Positions 1 to 9,031 of a DNA stretch of 64,000 nucleotides are shown here, in pieces. Both the position numbers and the translations under genes were made by a program. The notes under the pieces were generated by a model. It saw only the letters and a program-made list of their open reading frames with translations. It was not told the origin of the DNA and ran no database searches. The stretch comes from a virus (taxonomy: Duplodnaviria > Caudoviricetes). Numbering within the stretch: position 1 is the first letter of the stretch; each line of letters starts with the position of its first letter. The stretch covers positions 64,001 to 128,000 of the IMG/VR virus record IMGVR_UViG_3300031555_010858; one strand, 5' to 3'.

Positions 1-3000
1 CTTTTATATCTTCTATAACACCTGAATATTTAGATTTTATTTTTTCTTTACCACTCATTATAATTTCTTCCTTGAATTCATCACCAACATTAAATAATAA
101 TTGGTTGATTACATCTTCACTGAATGACTTCTCAAATCTTATTAGTTCGTCTCCATTTTGAACCTTATCACCTATTTTAACCATATAGTCAACAGTTGTG
201 TTAGGTCCAAGTACCGCTTGTTTTTGCATAACTACTTCAGTAGCCATTTCTCTAGAAAGTTTTTTACTTATATAAGAACTATCTTCATAAGTTAATGAAG
301 AAGATAATAATGCAACTTTTTGTAATGAACCAACATTAAATCTATTACCAAACGCTGAGTTCTCACTAAAGAATTTATCTTCATATGCTAATATATCATT
401 CTTTTTAAATTTATCACCTTTCTTAACATTGACAGCCATATGTTTAGATATATTAAATCCACCAGCACCATTCTTAGCTATACGGTTTATATCTATAGCA
501 TCATGTTCCCCATTTTTATATTCAACTATTAATAAACCTAATTTTTCATCATATTCTTTTACTTCACCATTGTCTTTAGCAACAAATACCCAGTCTTTAG
601 TACAATGATAAGGCATAACTCTTTCTGCACCATTTGATACTAAAACTGGAGAAGATTTAGCAACAGCAACACAGTGAGTTGATTGTCTACATGACATTGT
701 AGTTCTAACACTGTCATCCCCAGATGCACAACCTGGAGTTAATAGCTCAGCAACACCGAATAAGTTTGCGTCATTATATTCTGTAACTTTACCTTGTAAA
801 GCTTTATTGTCTATAAATCCACGAGGATCTGTTATAGGTGGTTCTAATGTAAGGAATCTATTAACACCAACGTTAGCATCAGGAGAAGAAGATAATGTGA
901 ATACACCAGCCATACCAGGATGGTAAGATCTTTGTTCTTCTGTATAAGCTTGTGCTAAGTTACATCCACTAGGACCTTTTCTTAAGCATTTTCTTAAGTT
1001 TTGTTGTTCATATATAGGATTAAGTTCCGAATAATCTTCTACTGTTTGTTGTTTCATTATATCTTTGATTATAGCTCCACGTTCTATACTTATCTTAGTA
1101 GGGTTATTAAAGTTTGCAGTTTCTTTATATTTTTCATAAGCACTTGCAACGTTTTTATAAACTATAGCATTTACAACTTCAGCACATCTTATTCTAGATA
1201 CAGTTATTTCATGTGTATATTGATTATCTGCTAATAACTCATTTCCATATAATACCATACCAGTTAAATCTGTTGGTAAATTTAATCTCTTTAACACATC
1301 CAATGTCATTGGATCTATAAAGTTATCTTGGAAGTTATCAAATGCATTTGCTATATTTCTTCTACCAAACATAGTTTCAAACATTGATTGATAAACAAAC
1401 TTATCATTTAAATCACTGTAATTATAATTTTTAGTTGGTATATCTATAAACCCATTCATTAATAATGATGTTGCTATAGGTTTATTTGTATATATTAAAT
1501 AACCATCTTGGAATTGTATACAGTTTTCATCAGGTGCTAATCTTGGTCTAGTATCTGAGAAATAGTGTTTTATGTCCGCTCTTTTTAAGAATCCATCTAT
1601 ACCTTCAAAGTAACATAATAATAAAACTATTGGTACTTGTTTACTCATTATAGTTGCTCTACTGTACATATATTTTTTACCAGCAGATTGTTCTCCAACT
1701 TTAGCACTTAATGCTGGAGATAATGATAATATGAATTCAACTAATGTTTTTCCTGTTGATTGAGTTTTACCTTGAGCGTTTATAATAACAACATTGTCAG
1801 ATTTTAAATCTATACAATAATATTCATTACCTTTAATTCCTAAAGGAAGTAATTCAACATCTAATCTTCCTTCTAAACCTTTTATGTTTCTATCTAATAA
1901 TATATGTCTTATTTCCTTTTGGTCGAATATTATTCTAGTACCGTTTATATTAACTTCTTTAAATAATTTAGATAAATCGTCATAATCTATAGTTGTAACA
2001 AAACCTTCATTCTCAGAGTCGAATTTACCACGTTGAACTCTAATACCTTTTATTTCTTCTGATAAAGCTTTTTTAAGTTTTTCATTAGTTTGAGAAACTT
2101 TTTCTCCGTAACGTCTTATGAATATCTTGTTATAATTACTAACTAATTGAACTGTATCAGGATCAACTTTAACTATCGGTAAAAGTAGTTGTTGATTATT
2201 TATATATTTTCTATTACCTCCTAAATATAGATATCTACCTTCTATTATTTTAGGAACGTCAAATACTACTTTATGTCTAACCCTTAATTCGTCTTCAAGT
2301 TCAATAGTCCACGTTTCTTTATAGTTTGATATATCAGAAGTATCTTCTACAGATATATTTCTTACAAATACTTTTATAGATTTATTATTCATATCAGTAA
2401 ACATTGAAACCATGTCTTTTTCCATAAGTTGTTCAACGTATGCTTTATCTATATTTGGGTATCTTATATCAGTAACATTTTTATTTATAGTATCCACGTG
2501 ACTTGATACATCATTAACTGGAACTTCTACTTCTTCTGATTTCATATTTAATATTTCTTCAAGAGTCTTTCCTCTTACAGCGATTTCTAACTGTTTTTCT
2601 CTAAGTAATTCATCACGTTTGTTTGATGCAGCAGTTTTAGCTATATTTTTATTATTAGCCATAACTATTTCTTTCATAAGTTTTTCGTCTTTTTCTATTT
2701 CTTTCTTAACATCATTTTCATCCATTTCTTGGTTTTTATCTAAAACTTTTTCAACTTCAGCTTCTATTTTATTTTTAACATCTTCAGGAACACCTGCATC
2801 ACCAGTAGCACCAAAAACATATTTATCTATTAAGGATTTACTTATATCAGCTTTATTTTGTGCTAATATAGAATCTATTTCAGCAGATACACTTCCTTCT
2901 TCAGGATCTTCTCTATTCAGCATTTTAAATAATTCTTTTCTGTATAATGCTGCAATATTAGCTTTATTTGCATCAGTATTCATAGTTCTCTTACACTCAG

Positions 3001-3661
3001 CAGGGTTAACTCTTAATGTCCAACCTGTTTTAGAAGTTATTAAAAAATCTATATCACCTAATTTAAAAAATTCTTCGGGTTCTCTTTTCATTAAGATATA
3101 TAAATAAGTCATAGGGTTTACAGCTTCTCCCCTATTGTTTAAATCATTAACTAAATCATTACTAAACTCTTCAACGTTCATTATCATTGATTTCATAGGA
3201 TATTTATCTAATGGTAATTCACCTATATATCGCATGATAAATTCCCAATACTCTTTAGGTTTAACTATTCTTGTTATCATAGATGAGTTAGTACTAAATG
3301 CTGTATTTGCATACGAAAGTTCAAAGAATACGTTAAATCCCATATTAAGTTTACCTTCATTTATACCATTTAAATAAGGTAATTCTGCACGTATTTGATC
3401 ATAGTAAGCTTGACGTCCTTGTAATCTATTTTCTCTAACTAACTTACTTCTTATCTTGATTTGTTCTAATCTTTTAGCATAACACATAGTAACCACGTTA
3501 TTATATTCTAGATTAATAGTACCTAATTTAAGTTTTAAGTTTTTAGTATCCATTGTATTCATTATAACTAATGAACCATATCTTTTATTCTTTTGGTCAT
3601 ATTGTATAACAGGTCTTAATCTAGTTCTTTTTAATAATGGTAATTTATTACTAGTAATCAT
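1..3661 (-). CDS. Multisubunit RNA polymerase beta-like subunit, N-terminal/middle piece, probably virion RNAP; truncated at window edge and absent from ORF track
   Basis: Manual translation from ATG at 3661 (MITSNKLPLLKR..., RBS GAAAGGGTGA) stays open to base 1. Beta motifs: YLGGNRK, SSSPDANVG (cf. TPEGxNIG), DDSVRTTMSCRQ (cf. DDANRALMGANMQRQ), TYEDS (cf. NFEDS). Preceded by a late-type promoter. Confidence 0.85.
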   Translation of the reverse strand, partial: MITSNKLPLLKRTRLRPVIQYDQKNKRYGSLVIMNTMDTKNLKLKLGTINLEYNNVVTMCYAKRLEQIKIRSKLVRENRLQGRQAYYDQIRAELPYLNGINEGKLNMGFNVFFELSYANTAFSTNSSMITRIVKPKEYWEFIMRYIGELPLDKYPMKSMIMNVEEFSNDLVNDLNNRGEAVNPMTYLYILMKREPEEFFKLGDIDFLITSKTGWTLRVNPAECKRTMNTDANKANIAALYRKELFKMLNREDPEEGSVSAEIDSILAQNKADISKSLIDKYVFGATGDAGVPEDVKNKIEAEVEKVLDKNQEMDENDVKKEIEKDEKLMKEIVMANNKNIAKTAASNKRDELLREKQLEIAVRGKTLEEILNMKSEEVEVPVNDVSSHVDTINKNVTDIRYPNIDKAYVEQLMEKDMVSMFTDMNNKSIKVFVRNISVEDTSDISNYKETWTIELEDELRVRHKVVFDVPKIIEGRYLYLGGNRKYINNQQLLLPIVKVDPDTVQLVSNYNKIFIRRYGEKVSQTNEKLKKALSEEIKGIRVQRGKFDSENEGFVTTIDYDDLSKLFKEVNINGTRIIFDQKEIRHILLDRNIKGLEGRLDVELLPLGIKGNEYYCIDLKSDNVVIINAQGKTQSTGKTLVEFILSLSPALSAKVGEQSAGKKYMYSRATIMSKQVPIVLLLCYFEGIDGFLKRADIKHYFSDTRPRLAPDENCIQFQDGYLIYTNKPIATSLLMNGFIDIPTKNYNYSDLNDKFVYQSMFETMFGRRNIANAFDNFQDNFIDPMTLDVLKRLNLPTDLTGMVLYGNELLADNQYTHEITVSRIRCAEVVNAIVYKNVASAYEKYKETANFNNPTKISIERGAIIKDIMKQQTVEDYSELNPIYEQQNLRKCLRKGPSGCNLAQAYTEEQRSYHPGMAGVFTLSSSPDANVGVNRFLTLEPPITDPRGFIDNKALQGKVTEYNDANLFGVAELLTPGCASGDDSVRTTMSCRQSTHCVAVAKSSPVLVSNGAERVMPYHCTKDWVFVAKDNGEVKEYDEKLGLLIVEYKNGEHDAIDINRIAKNGAGGFNISKHMAVNVKKGDKFKKNDILAYEDKFFSENSAFGNRFNVGSLQKVALLSSSLTYEDSSYISKKLSREMATEVVMQKQAVLGPNTTVDYMVKIGDKVQNGDELIRFEKSFSEDVINQLLFNVGDEFKEEIIMSGKEKIKSKYSGVIEDIK

Positions 3662-3698
3662 TAAATCTCACCCTTTCGTTATTTACTCTTTATTCACT

Positions 3699-3710
3699 TA
3701 CAAAATTGTT
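3699..3710 (-). promoter_or_regulatory. Putative late promoter AACA-N6-TA for the beta-like gene
   Basis: Minus strand reads AACA-ATTTTG-TA, the same as the site at 13010-13021; matches the AR9 late consensus. Confidence 0.65.
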
Positions 3711-3733
3711 TTTGCCTTGAAAAATCGACGGTT

Positions 3734-3844
3734 AAAACCCCTATGCCAATCATAGGCATAGGGTATATGTCAAAACAATAACAATAAGAGGTAAGATGTT
3801 TATGTTTCAAGTAATATGATGATTCCGATACCATCATTTTACTT
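3734..3844 (-). ncRNA. Candidate ~110-nt small RNA with an anti-RBS segment
   Basis: Late-type promoter at 3844-3855(-). 5' hairpin ATGATGGT/ATCATCAT has a G:U pair only on the minus strand. GC-rich terminator CCCTATGCC/GGCATAGGG plus U-tract at 3734-3763. No RBS-led ORF on this strand. Confidence 0.55.
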
Positions 3845-4017
3845 ACTAATTTGTTATACTAAATTAAATTTTATAAAAACCTTATTATAATTTATCAACA
3901 TACCAACAACTTCTTAATGCGATAGCAGCATTAAGAATAAAACGAACCTCCTTAAGAGGTGAGTGAAGAAGTTGTTAAAATAAAAATATGGTTGGGAAGT
4001 TACGTTTATTTTTGCTG

Positions 4018-4056
4018 TGTAAAAAGGTTAAATTTCAATTATATATTATAAAAGTG
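4018..4056 (+). promoter_or_regulatory. Putative early promoter TGTAA-N19-TATATTAT-AAAAGTG
   Basis: One of six copies with identical spacing; the core resembles the phiKZ early TATATTAC motif. Confidence 0.75.
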
Positions 4057-4094
4057 AATATTTCATTAATGATTTAAATCATTAATGAAATATT
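4057..4094. repeat. Perfect 38-bp palindrome
   Basis: AATATTTCATTAATGATTT|AAATCATTAATGAAATATT, immediately after the early promoter. Confidence 0.95.
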
Positions 4095-4134
4095 AATTAA
4101 GCAATAACAATAAATATATATTAATAGGAGGTAA

Positions 4135-6195
4135 ATGTCTATGAATAATAATTTTAATTTTGATTTAAATAAATATATTGAATTTGAAAATCAAATTTTA
4201 AATGAAGTAGAAGAAATTTATGGTGGAGATAAAATATTCGATTTAAACAAAATCATATCCGATTATGATGAGTTTAAAACAATGTACGGACATATATATT
4301 ATATATTAGAAGAAGGATTTGAGATAGAAGCTATAAGAAAATTTCCAGTAAAAGTAACATTTGATAAAAACAATGAACATTATGTTGAAATGGAAATTAG
4401 ACATTTATTAATAAATATGATATTCTTAAGAGCATTTGTAGAATTAGAAGTTGAAGTAGAATTAGATATAACATATTTATTTGATGCTAGAAAGATTTCT
4501 AATAAGTATATCAAACAGTATATAGATGAAAAAATAATAATTCCATTTAAAGATCAATTTACAGAAACTGAAGAAGGTTTTATGGAATTGAATATAGTAT
4601 TACATGATATAATCTACAGATTAAACAAGATACCAAAAGATTTTAATAGTCTTATGGGAATAACAATAAATCTTGAGAATAGTTTTATAAAAGTTGCAAA
4701 AGAAAATAAAAGATTTAATGAATTAATAAGAACTAAGATACCAGAAGATATGCAACCAAAAGATATAGAAAATCATCTTAATAAATTAATGAAAGAAGAA
4801 GTTGAGATATTAAAAGAAACTCCAAACTGTTTCCAACCAATGTTAATAGCAGGTGGAGCAATTAAAGAAGAACAACTTAGAGAGTTCTCAATTAACGGAG
4901 GATTAAAATCAGACCTATTAGGTAACACAATTCCAATACCTATCAATAGTAACTTAATAGTTGGAGGTTTTAGTAACATAACAAACTATTTTATAGATGC
5001 TGGAGCTTCAAGAAAATCATTAATAGCTAATAAAGAGAAAATGGGTAGTTCAGGACATATGGCGTTATTAATGAAATTATCTTGTGTTGGAACTTATATC
5101 AGTGAAACAGAAGATTGTCATACACCACATACAGTTAAATTAACAATTAATGATAGTAAATTCTTAGAAATGTGTGTTGGAAGATATTATAGATTACCAG
5201 GTATGAGAGAGTTTAAATTATTAAAGAAATCTGATACACATTTAATAGGAAGAACTATATTAGTTAGAGACCCAGGTAAATGTGGATGTAAAGATGGAGT
5301 ATGTAAAACATGTTATGGAGCTTTATCTAAAGTTAATAAAGGAATGGATGTTGGTATATTTGCAGCAACGATTATATCAAGACCATTATCACAAAATATA
5401 TTATCAACAAAACATCTTAACACAACTAATAGTTGTCTTATAGAGTTTAATGATGCATTTGATAAATCATTTAAACTTGAAGCAAACCAAGTTAAAATGT
5501 TAAGTGATAATGAAACTGATGTTGATTTAAGTCAATATGAAATGGTATTTGATAATATAATACAAATTGATGAATTATTAGACAATGCAGATTTTAATAA
5601 ATTTGTACAATTTGTTAAAGTGAGAAACATTAAGAATCATGATGAATATTATGAGATAGTTGAAAACGATGGAAAAGAATTATTTATACATCCAGATTTA
5701 GATGCTATAATTAAGAAAACAGAATCTGATGAAGATGGAGTTATATTAATACCGTTTAGCAGATTATCTGAAGAAACATTATTCACAATAAACATAGAGA
5801 ACAACGAATTAACTAAACCATTAAAAGAAATGGATAAACTTCTAAGTGGATCTTATTTCAAAGGAATGAATCCAACATTAGATATGATGGAACAAAGATT
5901 TATAGAATTATTAATAGAATCTAAAATCAGTGTATTATCAATACATGCAGCAACAATATTAAGATCATTTGTTAGAGATGCTAATAATTATTTAGAAAGA
6001 CCTAATTTCAATAAATTATTTGTAGATTATGTTGTATTAGGTATGCACGCATCATTAGCAGATAATCCATCTATAACAAATAGTTTAGCATACGATTATC
6101 TAAAATCTCAACTATATACACATACAACATTTAAGAAGCATAAACATTCACCATTAGATTTAATGTTTATGAAATCTCTAGCTGATGTAGAATAG
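4135..6195 (+). CDS. RNA polymerase beta'-like subunit, C-terminal piece, probably non-virion RNAP; likely start 4141
   Basis: Bridge-helix region (YFIDAGASRKSL...SSGH), EDCHT, Zn-site C..C...CKTCYG, trigger-loop VGIFAATIISRPLSQNILSTKH (cf. [22 protein letters not shown]). No DxDGD. Early promoter upstream. Confidence 0.85.
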   Translation: MSMNNNFNFDLNKYIEFENQILNEVEEIYGGDKIFDLNKIISDYDEFKTMYGHIYYILEEGFEIEAIRKFPVKVTFDKNNEHYVEMEIRHLLINMIFLRAFVELEVEVELDITYLFDARKISNKYIKQYIDEKIIIPFKDQFTETEEGFMELNIVLHDIIYRLNKIPKDFNSLMGITINLENSFIKVAKENKRFNELIRTKIPEDMQPKDIENHLNKLMKEEVEILKETPNCFQPMLIAGGAIKEEQLREFSINGGLKSDLLGNTIPIPINSNLIVGGFSNITNYFIDAGASRKSLIANKEKMGSSGHMALLMKLSCVGTYISETEDCHTPHTVKLTINDSKFLEMCVGRYYRLPGMREFKLLKKSDTHLIGRTILVRDPGKCGCKDGVCKTCYGALSKVNKGMDVGIFAATIISRPLSQNILSTKHLNTTNSCLIEFNDAFDKSFKLEANQVKMLSDNETDVDLSQYEMVFDNIIQIDELLDNADFNKFVQFVKVRNIKNHDEYYEIVENDGKELFIHPDLDAIIKKTESDEDGVILIPFSRLSEETLFTINIENNELTKPLKEMDKLLSGSYFKGMNPTLDMMEQRFIELLIESKISVLSIHAATILRSFVRDANNYLERPNFNKLFVDYVVLGMHASLADNPSITNSLAYDYLKSQLYTHTTFKKHKHSPLDLMFMKSLADVE

Positions 6196-6205
6196 GAGAT
6201 AAATT

Positions 6206-6481
6206 ATGGACGAAAGAAACAAGGAAATGCTAGAATTTATGGTAACAGTGTTATTAGCTGATTACGATATGATGGGATTAATTGAAGAAAAGAACAGACC
6301 GTATGATGAATATGGTCCTGAAGCTAGAACTATAGTAAGGTATTTAGAACAACAAGATTACGAAGTTAAATTAGATATATTAGCACAAAAGATACATTAT
6401 ATATTCGAAATCTGGTTTAATAAAGCACCTAATATAGTTCCCTGTATATTAATTGCAAGAGAAATAAAATTAATGTTATAG
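6206..6481 (+). CDS. Small helical protein, DUF1871/YugE-like
   Basis: RBS AGGAG; motif DMMGL...DEYGPEARTI resembles the DP.G...DEY..E pattern. Confidence 0.5.
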   Translation: MDERNKEMLEFMVTVLLADYDMMGLIEEKNRPYDEYGPEARTIVRYLEQQDYEVKLDILAQKIHYIFEIWFNKAPNIVPCILIAREIKLML

Positions 6482-6486
6482 TATTT

Positions 6487-6526
6487 AATATAAGGTATTA
6501 CAATAGTGTAATACCTTATATTTTTT
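6487..6526 (+). terminator. Intrinsic terminator
   Basis: AATATAAGGTATTACA/TGTAATACCTTATATT stem plus T-run. Confidence 0.75.
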
Positions 6527-6541
6527 AAAGGAGTTGGTAAG

Positions 6542-6886
6542 ATGAAAGATAATCTTATTGATTTTGAAGCTAAACGAGATAAAAAACTAAAAGAACAATT
6601 AGCAGATGAAATGCGAAAATTTAAGGAAGAAGAACTTAATAAGAATACAGAGTTATTTAAAGAAATAACTGGTAAGAATATGTTATTCTTAACTCCTGAA
6701 GAAATGGACGCTTATAATGAAGTAGGTGTAGTTTGCAGATTCGATGTAAAAGACACGTATAGTATGTGCATAGCTGTATTTAGAGATCAGTTGTACGTAT
6801 TAAATTATATAGGTGGTAAATTTGAATATATAGGAAAACTTGAAGATGTAATAGGAGATGGAATATTTGGAAAAGAAGGGAGATAG
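6542..6886 (+). CDS. Hypothetical protein
   Basis: 114-aa ORF with RBS AAGGAG. Confidence 0.75.
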   Translation: MKDNLIDFEAKRDKKLKEQLADEMRKFKEEELNKNTELFKEITGKNMLFLTPEEMDAYNEVGVVCRFDVKDTYSMCIAVFRDQLYVLNYIGGKFEYIGKLEDVIGDGIFGKEGR

Positions 6887-6888
6887 AT

Positions 6889-8322
6889 ATGGCTAGTAAG
6901 ATAGTTTTATATAATACAAGAATAGATATACATGATTATAAAATAGGTGATTGTGAAGAATTAGAAAATAGTTTATGTGTATGGAATCAAGTATATTTTA
7001 GAATGGAACCTAGGGGTTTACAATATAATGAAGAAAAAGAGATATTATCAGTACCAAGGGGTATAGATATCGATTTCCTAGAAAAGAAACTAAAATGTCC
7101 AGTACATGTTGACAAAAATTACAATAAATACGAAAAGATAAATCTTAAGTTAAAAATGGAACCTAGAGACGATATTCAAATTAAGTCTCTAGCATTTTTA
7201 ACGGGAAATGGTAAATTTAAATATACTAAAGATTATTCACAGTTATCATTAAATTTAGATACAGGCGATGGTAAAACGTATTGTGTTATAGCATCACTTT
7301 GTATGCTCCAAACAAAAGCAATTATAATAACACATACAGAAAATATAAAAGATCAGTGGAAGAAATCTTTAATAAAGTTTACGAATATAGACCCGAGAAG
7401 AATTTGTGATTTATCAGGTACGAAAAAAATGGATGATATGTTTGATGAAGATTCTAAAGGATATGATATGTATTTAGTGAATCATGGTACAATACAAGCA
7501 TATGCTAAGAAGTATGGATGGGATTCATTAAATAGATTCTTTGAAATAATAAATGTTGGTATAAAGGTATTTGATGAAGCACATTTACATTTTAAATCGA
7601 TTATGAATGTAGATTTAAATACGAATGTATATAAAACATTTTATTTAACTGCTACATTTGAAAGAACTGATATAGGTGAGGATAGAGTATTCCATTTATG
7701 TTTTAAAAATATAGCTAAATATGGTTATGAAACAAGAGGAGAGAAAAGAAAACATATTAAATACGTTGCAGTTTTATTTAATAGCAAACCAACATTAGAA
7801 GATCAGATGTCAATAAAAACTAAAATGGGATTCAATAGACATGCGTATATGGATTACCAATTGAATAATGGGATGATATTTGAAGTCGTTAAATATGTCA
7901 TGGATACCTTTGGTAAATTAGAAGGTAAAGCATTAGTATTAAGTTCTAAGATAGAAAGTGCCGATATTCTTAAGGATAAAATAGTTGAATGGTATCCTAG
8001 TAAAGATGTTGGAATATATCATTCTAAAATATCTAAAGCTGATAAAGAAGGAGTAAAAACATGGGATATAATAAGTTCAACTCCACAGAGTTGTGGTACA
8101 GGATTTGATGTTCCTGGTTTAAGATATAACATAATGTTAGAACCTTATAATGCTACAATAACAGCAAATCAAGTATGTGGTAGATTAAGAGAAATACCTG
8201 AACAATATACGTACCACATAGAACTTATAGATATAGGGTTTCCTAAAGTAAAAGATATGTATAAGAAGAGATTAAAAGTATTTAAAGAAAAATGTTATAG
8301 TATAAGTGAGGTTGATTATTAA
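6889..8322 (+). CDS. Superfamily 2 DExH helicase (UvsW-like)
   Basis: Walker A DTGDGKT, DEAH, TAT motif III, GTGFDVP, QVCGRLR motif VI. Confidence 0.88.
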   Translation: MASKIVLYNTRIDIHDYKIGDCEELENSLCVWNQVYFRMEPRGLQYNEEKEILSVPRGIDIDFLEKKLKCPVHVDKNYNKYEKINLKLKMEPRDDIQIKSLAFLTGNGKFKYTKDYSQLSLNLDTGDGKTYCVIASLCMLQTKAIIITHTENIKDQWKKSLIKFTNIDPRRICDLSGTKKMDDMFDEDSKGYDMYLVNHGTIQAYAKKYGWDSLNRFFEIINVGIKVFDEAHLHFKSIMNVDLNTNVYKTFYLTATFERTDIGEDRVFHLCFKNIAKYGYETRGEKRKHIKYVAVLFNSKPTLEDQMSIKTKMGFNRHAYMDYQLNNGMIFEVVKYVMDTFGKLEGKALVLSSKIESADILKDKIVEWYPSKDVGIYHSKISKADKEGVKTWDIISSTPQSCGTGFDVPGLRYNIMLEPYNATITANQVCGRLREIPEQYTYHIELIDIGFPKVKDMYKKRLKVFKEKCYSISEVDY

Positions 8323-8441
8323 TGCAAGAAATTTTAGAATTTGGATTATTTATATTAGTAATATTTTCACCTATAATTATTTTATGGTTAATGAATGAGA
8401 TATCTAATATAATAGCATGTAAAATAACTAAGAAAAAATAG
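8322..8441 (+). CDS. Small membrane peptide (39 aa, not in ORF track)
   Basis: MQEILEFGLFILVIFSPIIILWLMNEISNIIACKITKKK; TAATG coupling to the helicase stop, RBS GAGG. Confidence 0.55.
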   Translation: MQEILEFGLFILVIFSPIIILWLMNEISNIIACKITKKK

Positions 8442-8487
8442 TAACAAATTATAATAAAAAAAAATATACTAAAATGAGGTGTGAAAA

Positions 8488-8955
8488 ATGAATGATTATT
8501 TTAGATATTTACAAGAACAACAAACACGAAATAATGTTAGACGAGCAAATAAAGGTTTAATTTTCCTATCAGAAACTAATATGCATGGTAAAACGTTAAT
8601 ACCAAGAATACCAAGAAACTTTTTAACAGATAATGGGTTTGAAGATAATAAAACGAAAAGAGTGTGTTTTGCACAATCTATTGATAAATGTTTATTAGGA
8701 TTATCTATGAATTGTAAAGGGAAAATATTTTACGTTCATACACCAGTAGGGCAATTTAATGTTATTCATCCAACTAAAGCACAAGTTCCTGATGTTCATA
8801 TTACAGGAGAAACGTGGGTATGCGAGCCTGTTAAAATAGAATGTCTTGGAAAAATAAAAGTTATAGATGATGATGGATTACCTGGTCGTAAATATACGTA
8901 TGGTAATGGAATTGAAGCTGAATTATATGGATGGAAGTGGAAATATATTGTATAA
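8488..8955 (+). CDS. Hypothetical phage protein, possibly ADP-ribosyltransferase-like fold
   Basis: RBS GAGGTG; motifs LIPRIP, RVCFAQSIDKCL, TGETWV. The fold call is tentative. Confidence 0.6.
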   Translation: MNDYFRYLQEQQTRNNVRRANKGLIFLSETNMHGKTLIPRIPRNFLTDNGFEDNKTKRVCFAQSIDKCLLGLSMNCKGKIFYVHTPVGQFNVIHPTKAQVPDVHITGETWVCEPVKIECLGKIKVIDDDGLPGRKYTYGNGIEAELYGWKWKYIV

Positions 8956-8990
8956 AATACTAGGATTGATTCCTAGTATTTTATTTTTTT
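8954..8990 (+). terminator. Intrinsic terminator
   Basis: AAAATACTAGGA/TCCTAGTATTTT plus T-run. Confidence 0.75.
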
Positions 8991-9031
8991 ATCTACAATT
9001 ATGTAATTAAATTTTTAGGAGGTAAGATAAT

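Noticed and set aside
1001-3377. Plus-strand ORFs 1001-1234, 2619-3107, 3135-3377
   Set aside because: Antisense shadows of the minus-strand RNAP beta-like gene; no RBS and atypical composition.
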